Below are positions 37,381-49,895 of a stretch of DNA of 64,000 nucleotides, in pieces. Position 1 is the stretch's first letter; the number at the start of each line of letters is the position of its first letter. The notes beneath the pieces are model-generated. The model made no database searches. It was not told the origin of the DNA and saw only the letters and a program-made list of their open reading frames with translations. Position numbers and translations under genes: made by a program. The stretch is from Hemiscyllium ocellatum (taxonomy: Eukaryota). The stretch spans positions 310,001 to 374,000 of the forward strand of contig NW_026867476.1 in NCBI RefSeq assembly GCF_020745735.1, in the 5' to 3' direction.

Positions 37381-39767
37381 ATGCACGCGCCAGTCATTGC
37401 CCCCTTCTTTCTCATTTGCTATTCAATTCTTGCAGTTATTGGAGCCCCTGGTAAGACACTGACGCTCGAGAAAATCGTTTTCCCAATACTTTATCTGCAA
37501 AAAATTATTTTTTTTCACTTTCAGGATCCTGCAGATCTTTTAAAATATTGAGCGTTTTGATTTTAAGTGACTTCAACCGGATTCCTGTGCATACATTGCA
37601 TTTTGGATCCGATAGTCCCAAGGCAAATAATCGTGCACTACTTCCAATTTCATTTTAATACAAGGCAAGCTGTTCTTGTTTCTTGTATGTTGTGTATTTA
37701 TTGGAAAATGATCCAGTAGACACTGAATTGTGAGAAACAACTATGCATGAATATTAAATTGTAATTATTGTTACATATACTATCCATTCCAATTCAGCAG
37801 AATGCAATCGAGCCTTTCAGTTGATTGTGTGTTGAATACTTTGTCACAGTGTAGTGAAATGCTCTTCTGCATGGACCGCATTGCAGTATTTGAAGATGAT
37901 TTATTTTGTGGTAGTACTTTACGAGATGTTTATTATTTTAAATAAACGTTTAGTGATCATATTAATCTACAGTGTGCGCTGTGGAAGGATATGTTAAAGT
38001 ATAGAATTCCCAATGGATGGCACCAGTGGTTTCAGGAATACATTCAATTTAATCCAAAGACGTCAGTGGAGATGCAATTTTTCAGCCATTGGTATTTTGA
38101 TTCTCTGCAGCAAAGTTTCGAGTATTTTGGATAATTGTATTTTTATATAATTACCCAGAAAAGCGTTGTTCACAACTACGAGAAAGTGTAGTGGCGTTTC
38201 GCCTCGAAATGCCTCACTGTATGTAGCATTCACCAGAACAACTTCAGCAAACCGATTTAGACTCGAGTAATGTGAGATATTGCCAAACGTTTTGATCAAT
38301 GTAACATCTGATAGAAGGGCGCAGAAGCAGAACAGCTGAGGTGACAATTCCAGATAGTGTTACGAGTGGCTTTATGAGTTAAATCTTTAAGTGACACAGT
38401 TCGTAGGATCAATTATAGGAGACACGGGAAACAGATTGAAGTTAGCTGAGATTTCAGATCATTTTGCATGATTTTCTGAAACCGATGTGGTGAGTCATCA
38501 GAAGTTCAGAAAAGTCGTAGGTTGATATTATAAAGAATGAGACATCACTCGTAAGGAGCTTCATCTTTATGAGTTGAAGGTTGACCGGGGTTTGGTATGA
38601 ATAATTCATGGCAATAACATTACTTCATTTGTTCCTGAATTGTATAAATCACAACTGGTATTTATTTAGTGACCAGAGAGTGATGTTCATTCCCAGGACT
38701 GATTATATTGATCGGTGTTTGATGCTGACAATGGATGTCCAATATTTGTCAACAGTTTCAGAAAATGCAGAGACTCGAAGTGGCAGGTTGATGATTGAAG
38801 AATGCACAAAGCAGCAATTAGTGTTTGGAATGCGTTCAGTTATAGCTTTCTCTTTTAATCTCTCACAGCCAACTTGCTGGCAATCATTGTCCGATATCGA
38901 GGACGGTGCAGTCTCTCCCGGTGCATCTCCTACTACCTGGTGGCGATCGCAGTGACAGACTTTCTTGTCATCATCTTTGCAGTCATCCTCAACCGAATCA
39001 GCAGCTTCTACTTCCGGGAAAGTGTCTTGTCTACCACTCCTGCATGCACTCTCAGCATCGTGGTAGTCTTTGCCATCTGGGATTGTTCGGTCTGGCTGAC
39101 AGTTGCCTTTACCTTCGACCGTTTTGTGGCCATCTGTTGCCAGAAATTGAAAACCAGGCACTGCACAGAGAAGATGGCGTCATTAGTCATCGGGATAGTT
39201 TGTGCATTGTGCTGCATCAGGAACATCCCATTCTACTTTATCTATGAACCCATACACGTCTTAGATGGGATATCCTGGTTTTGCAACATCAAAGCCAATT
39301 ACTACATCCAGCCAGCTTGGCAGGTTTATGATTGGTTCTTCCAGATGTATACTCCTTTTCTCCCATTCTTTGCCATTCTGCTGCTCAATGCCCTGACCAT
39401 ACGACAGATCGTAGTGGCCAACAGAGCCCGCAGGAGGCTCCAGGGCACAGAGAAGCAGCATGACTCAGAGATGGAGAACCGCAAGAGGTCAATTATTCTG
39501 CTGTTCGCTATCTCTTTCAGTTTTCTCCTCCTGTGGGCCCCTCTTGTTGGACATTTCAGCTTCACGAAGCTTACAGACGAGGGTTACTATGGTGGCCTTG
39601 ATTTCAGTGACCCTCGGTATATCTTCCAAGAGGCAACCAATACACTTCAGTTACTAAGTTCCTGCAACAACGTCTTCATTTACACAATATCTCAGAATAT
39701 GTTTCGAGAGGATTTGAAGAATGTTCTGATCTACCCATTTGCCACCCTCATTAATTGCTTTAAATAA
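37381..39767 (+). CDS. Class A GPCR, GPR139/GPR142-like (GPCR-2); exons 37381-37450 and 38869-39767; 322 aa
   Basis: Exon 1 MHAPVIAPFFLICYSILAVIGAP G|gtaaga; acceptor tctcacag|; open 7TM frame with DRF and SSCNNVFIY. Confidence 0.92.
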
Positions 39768-41021
39768 TGTGGGGAAAGAAACATCTCTTCATGTTGTTTC
39801 TTTTCTATAAGAGTATCGCAGAGTACAATGCTTAATCTGCATTTAATACAGAAAATTATGGAAAACCAGGACAAATAACAAAATGGCAGAACGTCCATTC
39901 TCCACCTCTGACAATTAACTGCAATCGTTCCTGAGCAAATGTGGAACAATTGAAAATTCGTCCTTTCTAGAGGAGAGGCGAACTCATGATCTATGTCCCA
40001 TCCCCAGCCCTACCTGCTTGCAGTCTGCAATGTTCTTGGCCAAGTGGCATTTGTTAATTTATTTATGACTCTCCCTATTTCAGTTCTTCCTAAATGTTCC
40101 CATCCATTCATTCTGTAAGCGCTCCTTTCATTCCAGCCTTGCTGCATCACTCTGTGCTCCATTGCCATTCTTTATTTTTCAGACCAATCGTTTCTATTCA
40201 TCCCAGTTTCTTCTTCATGATAGCCTGAAATGTATCATTATTAAGAAGAAAACCCAGTACCCAGTCCAAATGTTTGAACCGCTTCCCCATGAATGATGTT
40301 TTCAATTGATCGTTGACGCTGTATGTTTTACACTCCATGCTCCTACTGATCAACCTCGGATTCTTTAACTGGGTATCAACATTACCAAGTTCTTACCCAG
40401 TTCCTGCATCAGATATCTTTTATTTCTCTCGATCTCTCTCTCTGTTCGTTTATTCAGTTACAAAGTGGGAAATTTATGGTAATAATTGCTGGAGAAAGTC
40501 CACAGTTCTGGAGGCATCTGTGAAGAGAAAGCTGTGTTAACATTTCGAATGCAGTGACACTTATTCAGATTTTTTTTTGCTTGCACTCTTTCATATTTCT
40601 GCTTACACGTTTTGATTTATTTTACAGGAAGACAGAAAGCATATTTTCAGATAGAATTTAGAGCTCCAATTCATTTATGCATTTGGCCGTTACTCGTTGC
40701 CATTCCAGTCTTTTACAAGAGTGAACTTTCCTAATGGTGCTGATGTGCAGCTGTAGGTGGTTCATTCAGTTATTATTTTTCTTTTATTAATACTGTCAAA
40801 CTCGTTTCTAAGTCACTAGAAAATTTGCTTTCCTTATTTTTAACCTTTTAATGAAATAATTCAAGGGAAGAATTCATGTTTTCAGAATGGAACTTACTTA
40901 AATAAAAATTCAAAAGCAATGTGGAATGTAAACCTCCATAGTTACCTGTCAGAAGTACTCCTCAGACAAGCCAGACACTGAGTAGCTGCAATCTCGCGAA
41001 AGGAGAGTCAGGAATGGGAAG

Positions 41022-44000
41022 TGTTATGGACCAGGCTAGACTGCTCAAAACAGTTCAAGAAGGTAGCGCTGACCCCAACTTTGCTCGTGTTTTATGGAGG
41101 AATAAAGTGAATATTCCGGGGGGAGGGGGGTGGAGAGAATGGATTTCAGGTCGTCAAACCACTTAGTTTCAAACAAAACATAATTTATTTACAAAATTAC
41201 TGAATGAAGCACAAACAACATAAAACAGAATACTGAATAACTTGACCTCGCCGAAAACACAACAGATCACTCCAACTAAATGATGCTGTTCCAAATATTT
41301 GCAGCAATCCCCATAAACACCCCTTCCCTCCAAAGGTAAAATCAAACTCAAATTCTTTCAGGTGGAAGTCAGAAAGAGAGGGAAAAAGAGAGTCAGTAAC
41401 CTTGAAAGGCTCGGCCTGAGGCAGGATCTGTTAACAGAATGGCCCTAAAATCCGACGTCACAGATATTTCCATGTCTGTAATTTACGGCCTCTGAAAATA
41501 AAACCACTGACTGCATAACTGTGTTAAATTAGCAGCTTCGTCACACCTCCCCCTTTAAAAATAATGAATCAAAAATATCCAAAGATGGCTTAATTTTTCA
41601 AACATTTCAATATTTACTAGTATTCTAAGACACACATATGCCACTACATTTCCTATAAACGTGCAAATATGCACGTTTAGTCTGTTTTACTCCTGCCACC
41701 GAATACCTGCGCTTCCCATTCGAGTCTTGACAATACGTCGGCAATCACACTTTCCTGTTCTATCACATGCACAATTTTCAGATTGAATGGTTGTAACAAC
41801 AAATTCGATCTGAAAGGTCTGTTTGTGTTGTCCTTTAACGTCTCCATGTTAACCATTCGGTTATGATCAGGGTGCATGATTGTCTTAGATACGTTACTGG
41901 GAACATAAACACTGAAATGTCGTAATGTCAACACCAAACTCACATACTCCTTCTCAACTGTCGAATATTTCTGCTGATGCATGTTCAACTGCCTGGAGAA
42001 GTACCAGATATGTACTTCCGTCTTCTCGTCAACTTTTTTTAAGATCGTTGCACCAACAACCACATCACTTGCTTTGATAATCACCTTGAATGGTTTTACA
42101 GAATTAGATGTGGCTAATACAGGGGCAGTGGTTAACACAGGTTTCAGGCTGTGAAATGCCTTCTGACCACCCTGTTGTCCACTGAAACGTCATGCTTTTG
42201 TTTAGCAATTCAGTGAGTGGAATAGTCACACTACCAAATTTGTGGTACAAATTTTCGATGGCATTCACACAATCCCAGAAACCGCACTATTGCTCTTTTT
42301 ATCAATGGTATGGGCAATTTCCCAATTACCTTTGTTTTGCATCGTGTTGAGCCATTTGCCCTGTTCAATAACTTTTGCCAGGAAGGTCACTTGGGCTTTA
42401 ACAAATTCGCTTTTATGCCTTCCAAAGCCGATTGAATAAGTCTGATAAAAAGTTGTAAATGTCACTTCTGTGTCGTGTATAACGTTGACTAAAAGTCACC
42501 AGGCCATCGATATATGCGACGCAGTTAGGTAACCCAGCAACTGGTTAGTCTCTGAAACGTGGCTGGCGCATCCTTCATTCAAAGTGGCATGACTTTAAAC
42601 TCCATTTGGTGTAATCAAAGCCGAAAATGTGTCTGCTCTTTCTGACAAAAGGATCTGTCAGTATCTCCGAGCAAGGCCAACTGAGAAAAATAAGTTGCTT
42701 CTCCCACCTTCATAACATAATCTTCCAAGCACGGAATTGGGTATTCAACAGTCTTTATAACTGCATTGATTTTGTGATCGTCCACACATAACCGTTGAGT
42801 GCTATTTGGTTTTGGCACGATTACTATGTGTGAGTTCCAGTCATTGTAACTCACTTCAAATATGTCTTGGAGCATACATTCCATCTCCTTTTCAAGCTGT
42901 GCCAACTTTGAGGGTTATGCCTGTGAGGATGTTTCGACATCAGAACAGCACGTTCTATATCTACATCATACGCAATTAGGTAAGTACTTCCTAGCTTAAT
43001 TCCACATACCCGTCCCCGGCCCACCCAAGTGATAGCAGTAACTCTTTCAGGAAAAGTCGATTTTCCTCTGGAAAGTTAAGTCAATATTTTTTCCCAATTT
43101 TTGACAGTTTCCTCATTGTACAATTTAATTTGAGGAATGTCAAATTCAGAATTCTCTGAACTTCGCTCTTCCCTCTGTGTTGTAATTGGAAACATATTCT
43201 CCTGTTGCTTACCTTCCTTGTCAAAATACCTGTTGAGTATGGTCGCATGACGCACTCTATGAGATTTCTTTCTGTCGGGAGCCCTTATCAAGCTGTTCAC
43301 CTCACTAAATTTCCTTTCAAGTTGATAAGGTCCACAAAATCTTGCCTTTAAAGGTTCACCTACCACTTGAAGTAACAATAATACCTTAGCCCCACAGAAA
43401 AATTGCGAAGTGTTGATTTCTTTTCTGCTTCCTGTTTCATTATATACTGTTCTGCTATTAAAACCCGTTACGTCAACTCCTTAGCTCTATTTAATCGTTC
43501 CCTAAAATTTGACACATAATCCAAATAAGTCGCCTTTTACTTCTGACTATCAATTTATTTTTTCATCGATTTTAACGGTCCTCTCACTCCGTTACCAAAA
43601 TCTAATTAAAATGGATTGAATTTGATCGATAAATTTGGAGCATCTCTGATCACGAAAACGCAAATGGAATGATCTTATCCCAATCGGCTGGATAGTCTTG
43701 AATATAAACCCTCAACATGGCCTCTAATATCTGATGCCCCCTTTCTAGCACTCCCTGCAATGCTGAATGTTACAGAAGAGTAGAATTGTTTAAATCCTAA
43801 GATGTCCATAACTTCCTTGAATAATTTTGATGTGAAGTCTGACCCTTGATCTGATTGTATATCTGTGGGTACTCCTTATCTCATGGAAAATTTGAGTAAT
43901 ATCACTACAAACCTTTTACCTGCAATTTTGTGTAATGCAACAGCTTCTGGAAATCTAGCCGTTTCGTAACACACCTCTCTTTCTCTTTCATTATCTCCCT

Positions 44001-45029
44001 CTTCTCTCTCTCTTGCCATATCTTTTTCTTCTGCTTTCAATCGTAATTCGTTGTCCTTCGCCTCTAACCCAATATGCTTCATTTTGAATTGATTTTTAAC
44101 CATCTCTCAAGACTCTGAAGGCGTTTCCAGCAAACATCTATGCTGAGCTCTTGCTGTAGTTAACTCTCATTTCCTCACAGAAGGAGGCAGCTCCATCTCC
44201 AGCTTATCTGCTAATTACAGCGGCTTGGCCTTAATCACCTTTAGTAAAACCCCGAAGGCAGAAAACTCTTGGTAACTGAAAAAGCCATTTCTATGCCAAG
44301 CACCATTTAAACTAACCAAAATCAACACCAAGAACAAAAGACGCAAGTACCTAACACTCACTGCCTTTGAATCCAACAACTCTAATCCAAATTTGGAACG
44401 AGAGCAAATCCTGAACGAGCCCTCAATCTGTTATGGACCAGGCCAGACACCTCCAAACATTTCAAGAAGGTATCCACAACCAAAACTTTACTTGTTGTTT
44501 TAAGAAGGTGTAAAGAGGATATTCCAGGAGATAATCAGCTGGGAAAACTCCGAGTGGTTTTCGAAAAGAAAGAATTCATTTACAAGATCACTGAATGAAA
44601 CACGACCACAAAAATAACAAATAACTTAACCTTTCCAAAAACCCAAAAGATCATCGCAACCTAATGATGCTGCTTCAAATACTTGCAAAAATTGCCAAAA
44701 ACATCCCTTAGCACAAAAGTTAAAATCGAACACAACGCCTTCCAGAATAGAAGTAAGAGAGAGTGTACCAGCCTCGACGTGCTTCTGTAGATCCAGCAAC
44801 TGTTTTAACACCACTGTCAAAAAAACAGAGAAATCTGAGCTCGTAGAAATGGCCACATCCCTTGAATTGTACAGCTTTCTTAAATTGAAAGCCTCAGCAT
44901 GAGGCTGTGTCTGTTAGTTATTATCAAATTCGCCCTAAAACCGCACAGACCAGACTTTTCAGTGTGTCATTTACGACTTTTCTGAAAAAAAGGACAACAT
45001 TACTTTGTTAAAGGAGCAGCTTCGTCACA
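41022..45029 (-). mobile_element. Internally deleted Ty3/gypsy LTR retrotransposon with Gmr1-type domain order (gag - IN - RT - RNaseH)
   Basis: TG..CA LTRs at 44429-45029 (5') and 41022-41545 (3'); PBS 44406-44425; PPT 41546-41560; IN (RFPEAV..IQSDQGSDFTS) ~43970-43100; RT ~42900-42250 (YIDG); RNaseH 41677-42138. Confidence 0.85.
44406..44425 (-). other. Primer-binding site complementary to the tRNA-Pro 3' end
   Basis: TGAGGGCTCGTTCAGGATTT (copy B: TGAGGGCTTGTCCAGGATTT) versus expected TGGGGGCTCGTCCGGGATTT, 3 nt inside the 5' LTR end. Confidence 0.75.
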
Positions 45030-47479
45030 GATGACACGAATTCTGAAACCCCACTCTCAGTGCTCTGCTGTCTTGGGGTATCAGTTGGTCCCACATTGCT
45101 GATTAGTGTTAGTTTCTCACTGTCATGACACGAAAGAACAGAAAATTCTGACACAATATCTTTCATCAATTGGATGCATTTCCTCAGATTTCCAGTAGTT
45201 GTGCTGTGAAGACTTTTTTTCTACATGTTCTACTATTTCATTTTGTTACAGGTTATCTTGCTGCAAAGTTCATTTTTACAGCCCAAATTGGCCATGCACC
45301 CTCGCCCGATAATTCCACCTGTTACGAAGTTGAAAGAGTATATGCTCACTTTAAGATGCATAGTGCTTTCAGAATTTGAAGAGTAAATTTGAAGTACAGC
45401 CACAACTGTGAGAATACAGAACAGCGAAGTGACGGGCTGTTCCAAAGTAGCTAAATGTCACAAATGGTTGTTAAATGGTTACCTGAGTTTTGATTGTTGT
45501 TTTGTCAACATTTCAAATTTGACCAATTGATTTTATTCATTCCCAGGATATTAAAATCCAATAGAGTTTGAATTTGTTGCCTGAATAAAAATTGGTCCAA
45601 TGAGAGGGAATGATATTGGGGTATTTAAAAAAGCGTGCATTTTGCAAACTTACCAGAGCAACTGCCATCTGAAGATGTAAACATCTTGTCTCAAAGAAAT
45701 TTCAGCATGCACTAACCATCAAAGGTTCTTTTTTTCCCTGTAAAAGTACTAAAAAGTAAGAAGATGACCCAGGGAAGAATCGGAAGACTGGAAGGAAAAA
45801 TGGAAGGAAGACGGCATAAGAGGCTTATGGAATTTGAGAAATTGAGCTAATGCAATGTTCGGTATTTGTGTAATTGGAACTGCATGTTAAAGGAATTGTG
45901 TTCAGCTAAGGGATAGTGGTTGGTTTTGGGAAAGAGTGTTTGTCTTGTTAATAATTTTGGTTAATGTTCCTTGCTGTTGTTTAATGAATAAATGGTTAAG
46001 TTTTAATATGGAGTATGAATCTGAGACCTTCTTTCATTTAGGTATTTTTAACAGATTACGAGATGAGGTGAGCTTCTCTGGGTGTTTGGTTTCAATTAGC
46101 AGAGGGATTCATCGGCTGCATTATGCCACACCCTACACGAAAAAGCTTGTGGAAACACAAGCTGCTCTTCTCTAAACTGCAACCCTCAAATCCTATTTCC
46201 CACATCCCTGGACATAAGCTCAAACTTAACTGTCTGCATCGCTATCATTGTATTATTGTATATATCAGCTTCAGCTATATGATGATCAAAAAGTGATGGG
46301 TAGTCCTTGTGGTAAGATCAATAGGCTATTCGTCTAAAGTGTTAGGGAATATGTGAGGAATAGGAATTTCAATCCTGCCAATGCAGACGATAAATCAGCA
46401 AAAAAGAGTTACCTTTAAGAATTGATGATGACCTAGAATCAGCTGTCAGGAACATCCGATCTGGTCCAATAAATTGGTGTCGGGAAGGAAGCTGTCGTCC
46501 TCGCCTAGTCCAGTGAAGCCGACACGTGACACCAAACAGACAGCCATGTAATTCTTGCTTTACTTCAGTCAGAAGTCTGACGGTACCAGGTTATATTCCA
46601 ACAGAAGAAGCAGTGCTATGAAATATCATGACATTAAATCGACCTGTTGAATTCTAACCTGGTGTCATCTGACTTCTGACTTTGTGCACCCCAGTCCAAA
46701 GCTGGCATCTCTACATTGCAGATAACTGTACGAGTAGGCAATAATTTCAGCCATACCAACAATCATATGCATAAATTAAAAAGGAAATTTCCCTAAGATT
46801 TTTCTTACTCAGTCAGTATATCCTTTCAGCTCTGCTAGTTCCTTTCATCACCCTGCAATTTGACAGCAGTCAGGGGAAATTAATATTGAAGGCGCCGTCT
46901 GTAACTGAATTTTGTTAAATTATCGTCTCTCAAATCAAAGTAAGGCTGAGAACACTGTTGAAGACAGACTGCAACAGTAGGAGAGAGTGAACCTGAAACT
47001 GCAAGCCAGTCACTCTGAACTCGATTGTGGGTACTCTGACGGAAAGAAATAATATGCATTTGGATCGTCAGAGACTAACTAAGTGCTATGGTTTTTTTTT
47101 GCACAACATGCTTGAATTTTTCGAATTGAAGAACAGGTCTGTTAAAGAGGACAATCCACTTGACATAGACTCCTTGCACTTCAAAAAGGCATTAGATTAG
47201 TTCCCGCAGAGCACACTCAAAACAAAAATAATAGCCCATTCAATTTCAGAAATAATCGCTGTTTAGATCCAGATTTGGGTTTGGGACAGAAATCAGTGTC
47301 ATGGTCGGGCGAATTTGTCTAACTCAAATCCTGATTTCAGTGGAGTTCAGCAGAATCAGTGCTGGAATGATTCTGTCTGTGGCTATATAAGTTATTTAAA
47401 TATGAATGTTAGAAATGTTGATTGATTCGTTCTTGGGTGATGTGTAAATTCATTTTAAACATGTGTGATTAATATTGGG

Positions 47480-48373
47480 GAAGATAGTCGAACATAACAG
47501 GAAGAGAGACAGGATTGTCTGATCCACTGATTAGAGGCAAGTTCAATTCAGTCTTCCTAAATGCGAGGTCATGTACGTGGGCGTGACGCCAAGGTAATGG
47601 AATGCATGATCAGCGATGGGACATTGCAAAGCACCGTGGACCACAGAGACCTTGGCATGCATCTCCATTTGTCCGTTAAGGTAGTGGGATAGATATAAAA
47701 GTAACGGGGCATTTGTTTTTATAGCTAGGTCATAAAGCTTCGAATGGTGAGGTCTTGGCGGAACTGCATGCAATGTTGGTTAGGGTGCAGCTAAATTACT
47801 GTGTTGAGGTTTGGAATTCACAATATAGAAAGAAGTGCATTGTGCAAGAGCGGGTGGAAAAGGAGATTTCTTCGATGTTGACTTAGCTGACGAGATTTAG
47901 TTATGAAAAAAAGCATGGATAGACTTGGCTTACTTGCCTTGCAATATGGGAGGCTCAGCGGTCATGATGGGAATGGAAGAAATTATGAGAAGCGACCATC
48001 AAAAGAACAAGAATTAATGTCGATCGAATAGAAATGAATGAACGATTCCCTTTGGTGGACGTTTCAGTGACCGCTGAATAAATTTAAGGTAAGAGGCAGT
48101 AGGTTAACTGAAAATGTGAAGAAATTTCAATTCAGCCAATGGTCTGCTAGAAGCCTACAGTGAGTCATTGAGGGTGCTGGGAGCAGACATCCTGTTAACG
48201 TTTGACAATTCTTTTCACATCTCCTCACGCCATCGAGTAATACAAGGCCATTGGCCAAGTGTTGGAAGTTGAGATTGGAATATTTAAATGCTCGCTATTG
48301 ACCAGTGCAATTTTGCTTGTCCATAGGTTTCTTGCCTATGCTGTAAAATACTTTATTAGTATGACTCAATGTG
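47480..48373 (+). mobile_element. Old CR1 3' fragment
   Basis: Degraded CR1 RT C-terminal motifs. Confidence 0.6.
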
Positions 48374-48507
48374 NNNNNNNNNNNNNNNNNNNNNNNNNNN
48401 NNNNNNNNNNNNNNNNNNNNNNNNNNNNNNNNNNNNNNNNNNNNNNNNNNNNNNNNNNNNNNNNNNNNNNNNNNNNNNNNNNNNNNNNNNNNNNNNNNNN
48501 NNNNNNN
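48374..48507. other. Assembly gap (134 N)
   Basis: Run of N. Confidence 1.
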
Positions 48508-48764
48508 AGTTCAAATGATTAGACCTGTTCTCCAGTTCGTGGCTTGATAGGTATCATGTCTTTTCAAAAGACTGTTTCCAGCAGCAGTGGGAGATATAGT
48601 GTGTGGAGAGATTCCACGATTTTATATTTTGTGCGGCAATGTGCCACGCTCTGCTGGTGTATATTCGCTGCTGCATTACCTCAAGGTGAAGCTCATCAAG
48701 AATTCGATCAGAGATCAGCAACACCAAGGACCATTTCAGCTAACAGTGTCAACTCATGTACATG

Positions 48765-48970
48765 ATTAGATTAGATTATTTACAATGTGGAAACAGGCCT
48801 TCCGGCCCAACAAGTCCACACCGGCCCTCTGAAGAACAACCCACCCAGATACATTCCCTTATATTTAACTCTTCACCTAACACTATGGCCTGGCCAATTT
48901 GCCTAACCTGCACATCTTTTGACTGTGAGGAAACCGGAGTACCCCGAGGACACCCAAGCAGACACGGGGA
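48765..48970 (-). mobile_element. HE1-type SINE 3' half
   Basis: (attag)n tail and antisense SINE body. Confidence 0.8.
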
Positions 48971-48974
48971 ACTA

Positions 48975-49895
48975 TAGACCGGTGAGCCTGACGTCGATGG
49001 TGGGCAGTTGTTGGAGGGAATCCTGAGGGACAGGATATACATGTACTTGGAAAGGCAAGGACTGATTCGAGATAGTCAACATGGCTTTGTGCTTGGGAAA
49101 ACGTGTCTCACAAACTTGATTGAGTTTTTTGAAAAGTAACAAAAACGTTTGATGAGGGCAGAGCAGTAGATGTGATCTGTGTGGAGTTCAGTAAGGCGTT
49201 TGACAAGGTTTCCCATGGGAGACTGATTAACAAGGTTAGATCTCATGGAATATAGGGAGAACTAGGCATTTGAATACAGAACTGGCTCAAAGGTAGAAGA
49301 CAGAGGGTGGTGGTGGAAGATTGTTTTTTTCAACTGGAAACCTGTGACCAGTGGAGTGCCACAAGGATCGGTGCTGGGTCCTCTATTTTTTGTCATTTAC
49401 ATAAATTATTTGGATGCGAGCATGAGAGGTACAGTTAGTAAGCTTGCAGATGACACCAAAATTGGAGGTGTATCCACAGCAAAGAGAGCTATCTCAGATT
49501 ACAACAGGATCTGGACCAGATGGGCCAATGGGCTGAGAAGTGGCAGATGGAGTTTAATAGAGATAAATGTGAGGTGCTGCATTTTGGGAAAGCAAATCTT
49601 AGCAGGACTTATACACTTAATCGTAATGTCCTAGGGAGTGTTGCTGAACAAAGAGACCTTGAAGTGCAGGTTCATAGCTCCTTGAAATTGGAGTTGCAGG
49701 TAGATAGAATAGTGAAGGGAGCGTTTGGCATGCTTTCCTTTGTTGGTCAGAGTACTGAGTACAGGAATTAGGAAGTCATGTTACGGTTGTACAGAACATT
49801 GGTTCGGCCACTGTTGGAGTATTGATTGCAATTCTGGTCTCCTTCCTAATGGAAAGATGCTGTGAAAATTGAAAGGTTTCAGAGAAGATTTACAA
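48975..49895 (+). mobile_element. CR1 RT fragment
   Basis: [34 protein letters not shown]; KWQMEFN. Confidence 0.9.

Larger units (their letters stand above)
32641..45326 (+). repeat. Segmental duplication copy A (paralog 51381-64000)
   Basis: Collinear CR1-CR1-GPCR-LTR order with offset ~18.7 kb; roughly 90% identical by eye. Confidence 0.95.

Noticed and set aside
46575-46592. Antisense TGG TAC CGT CAG (WYRQ) suggesting another V
   Set aside because: It lies in one arm of a repeat-derived hairpin; no Cys framework, stop two codons after the motif, no RSS.
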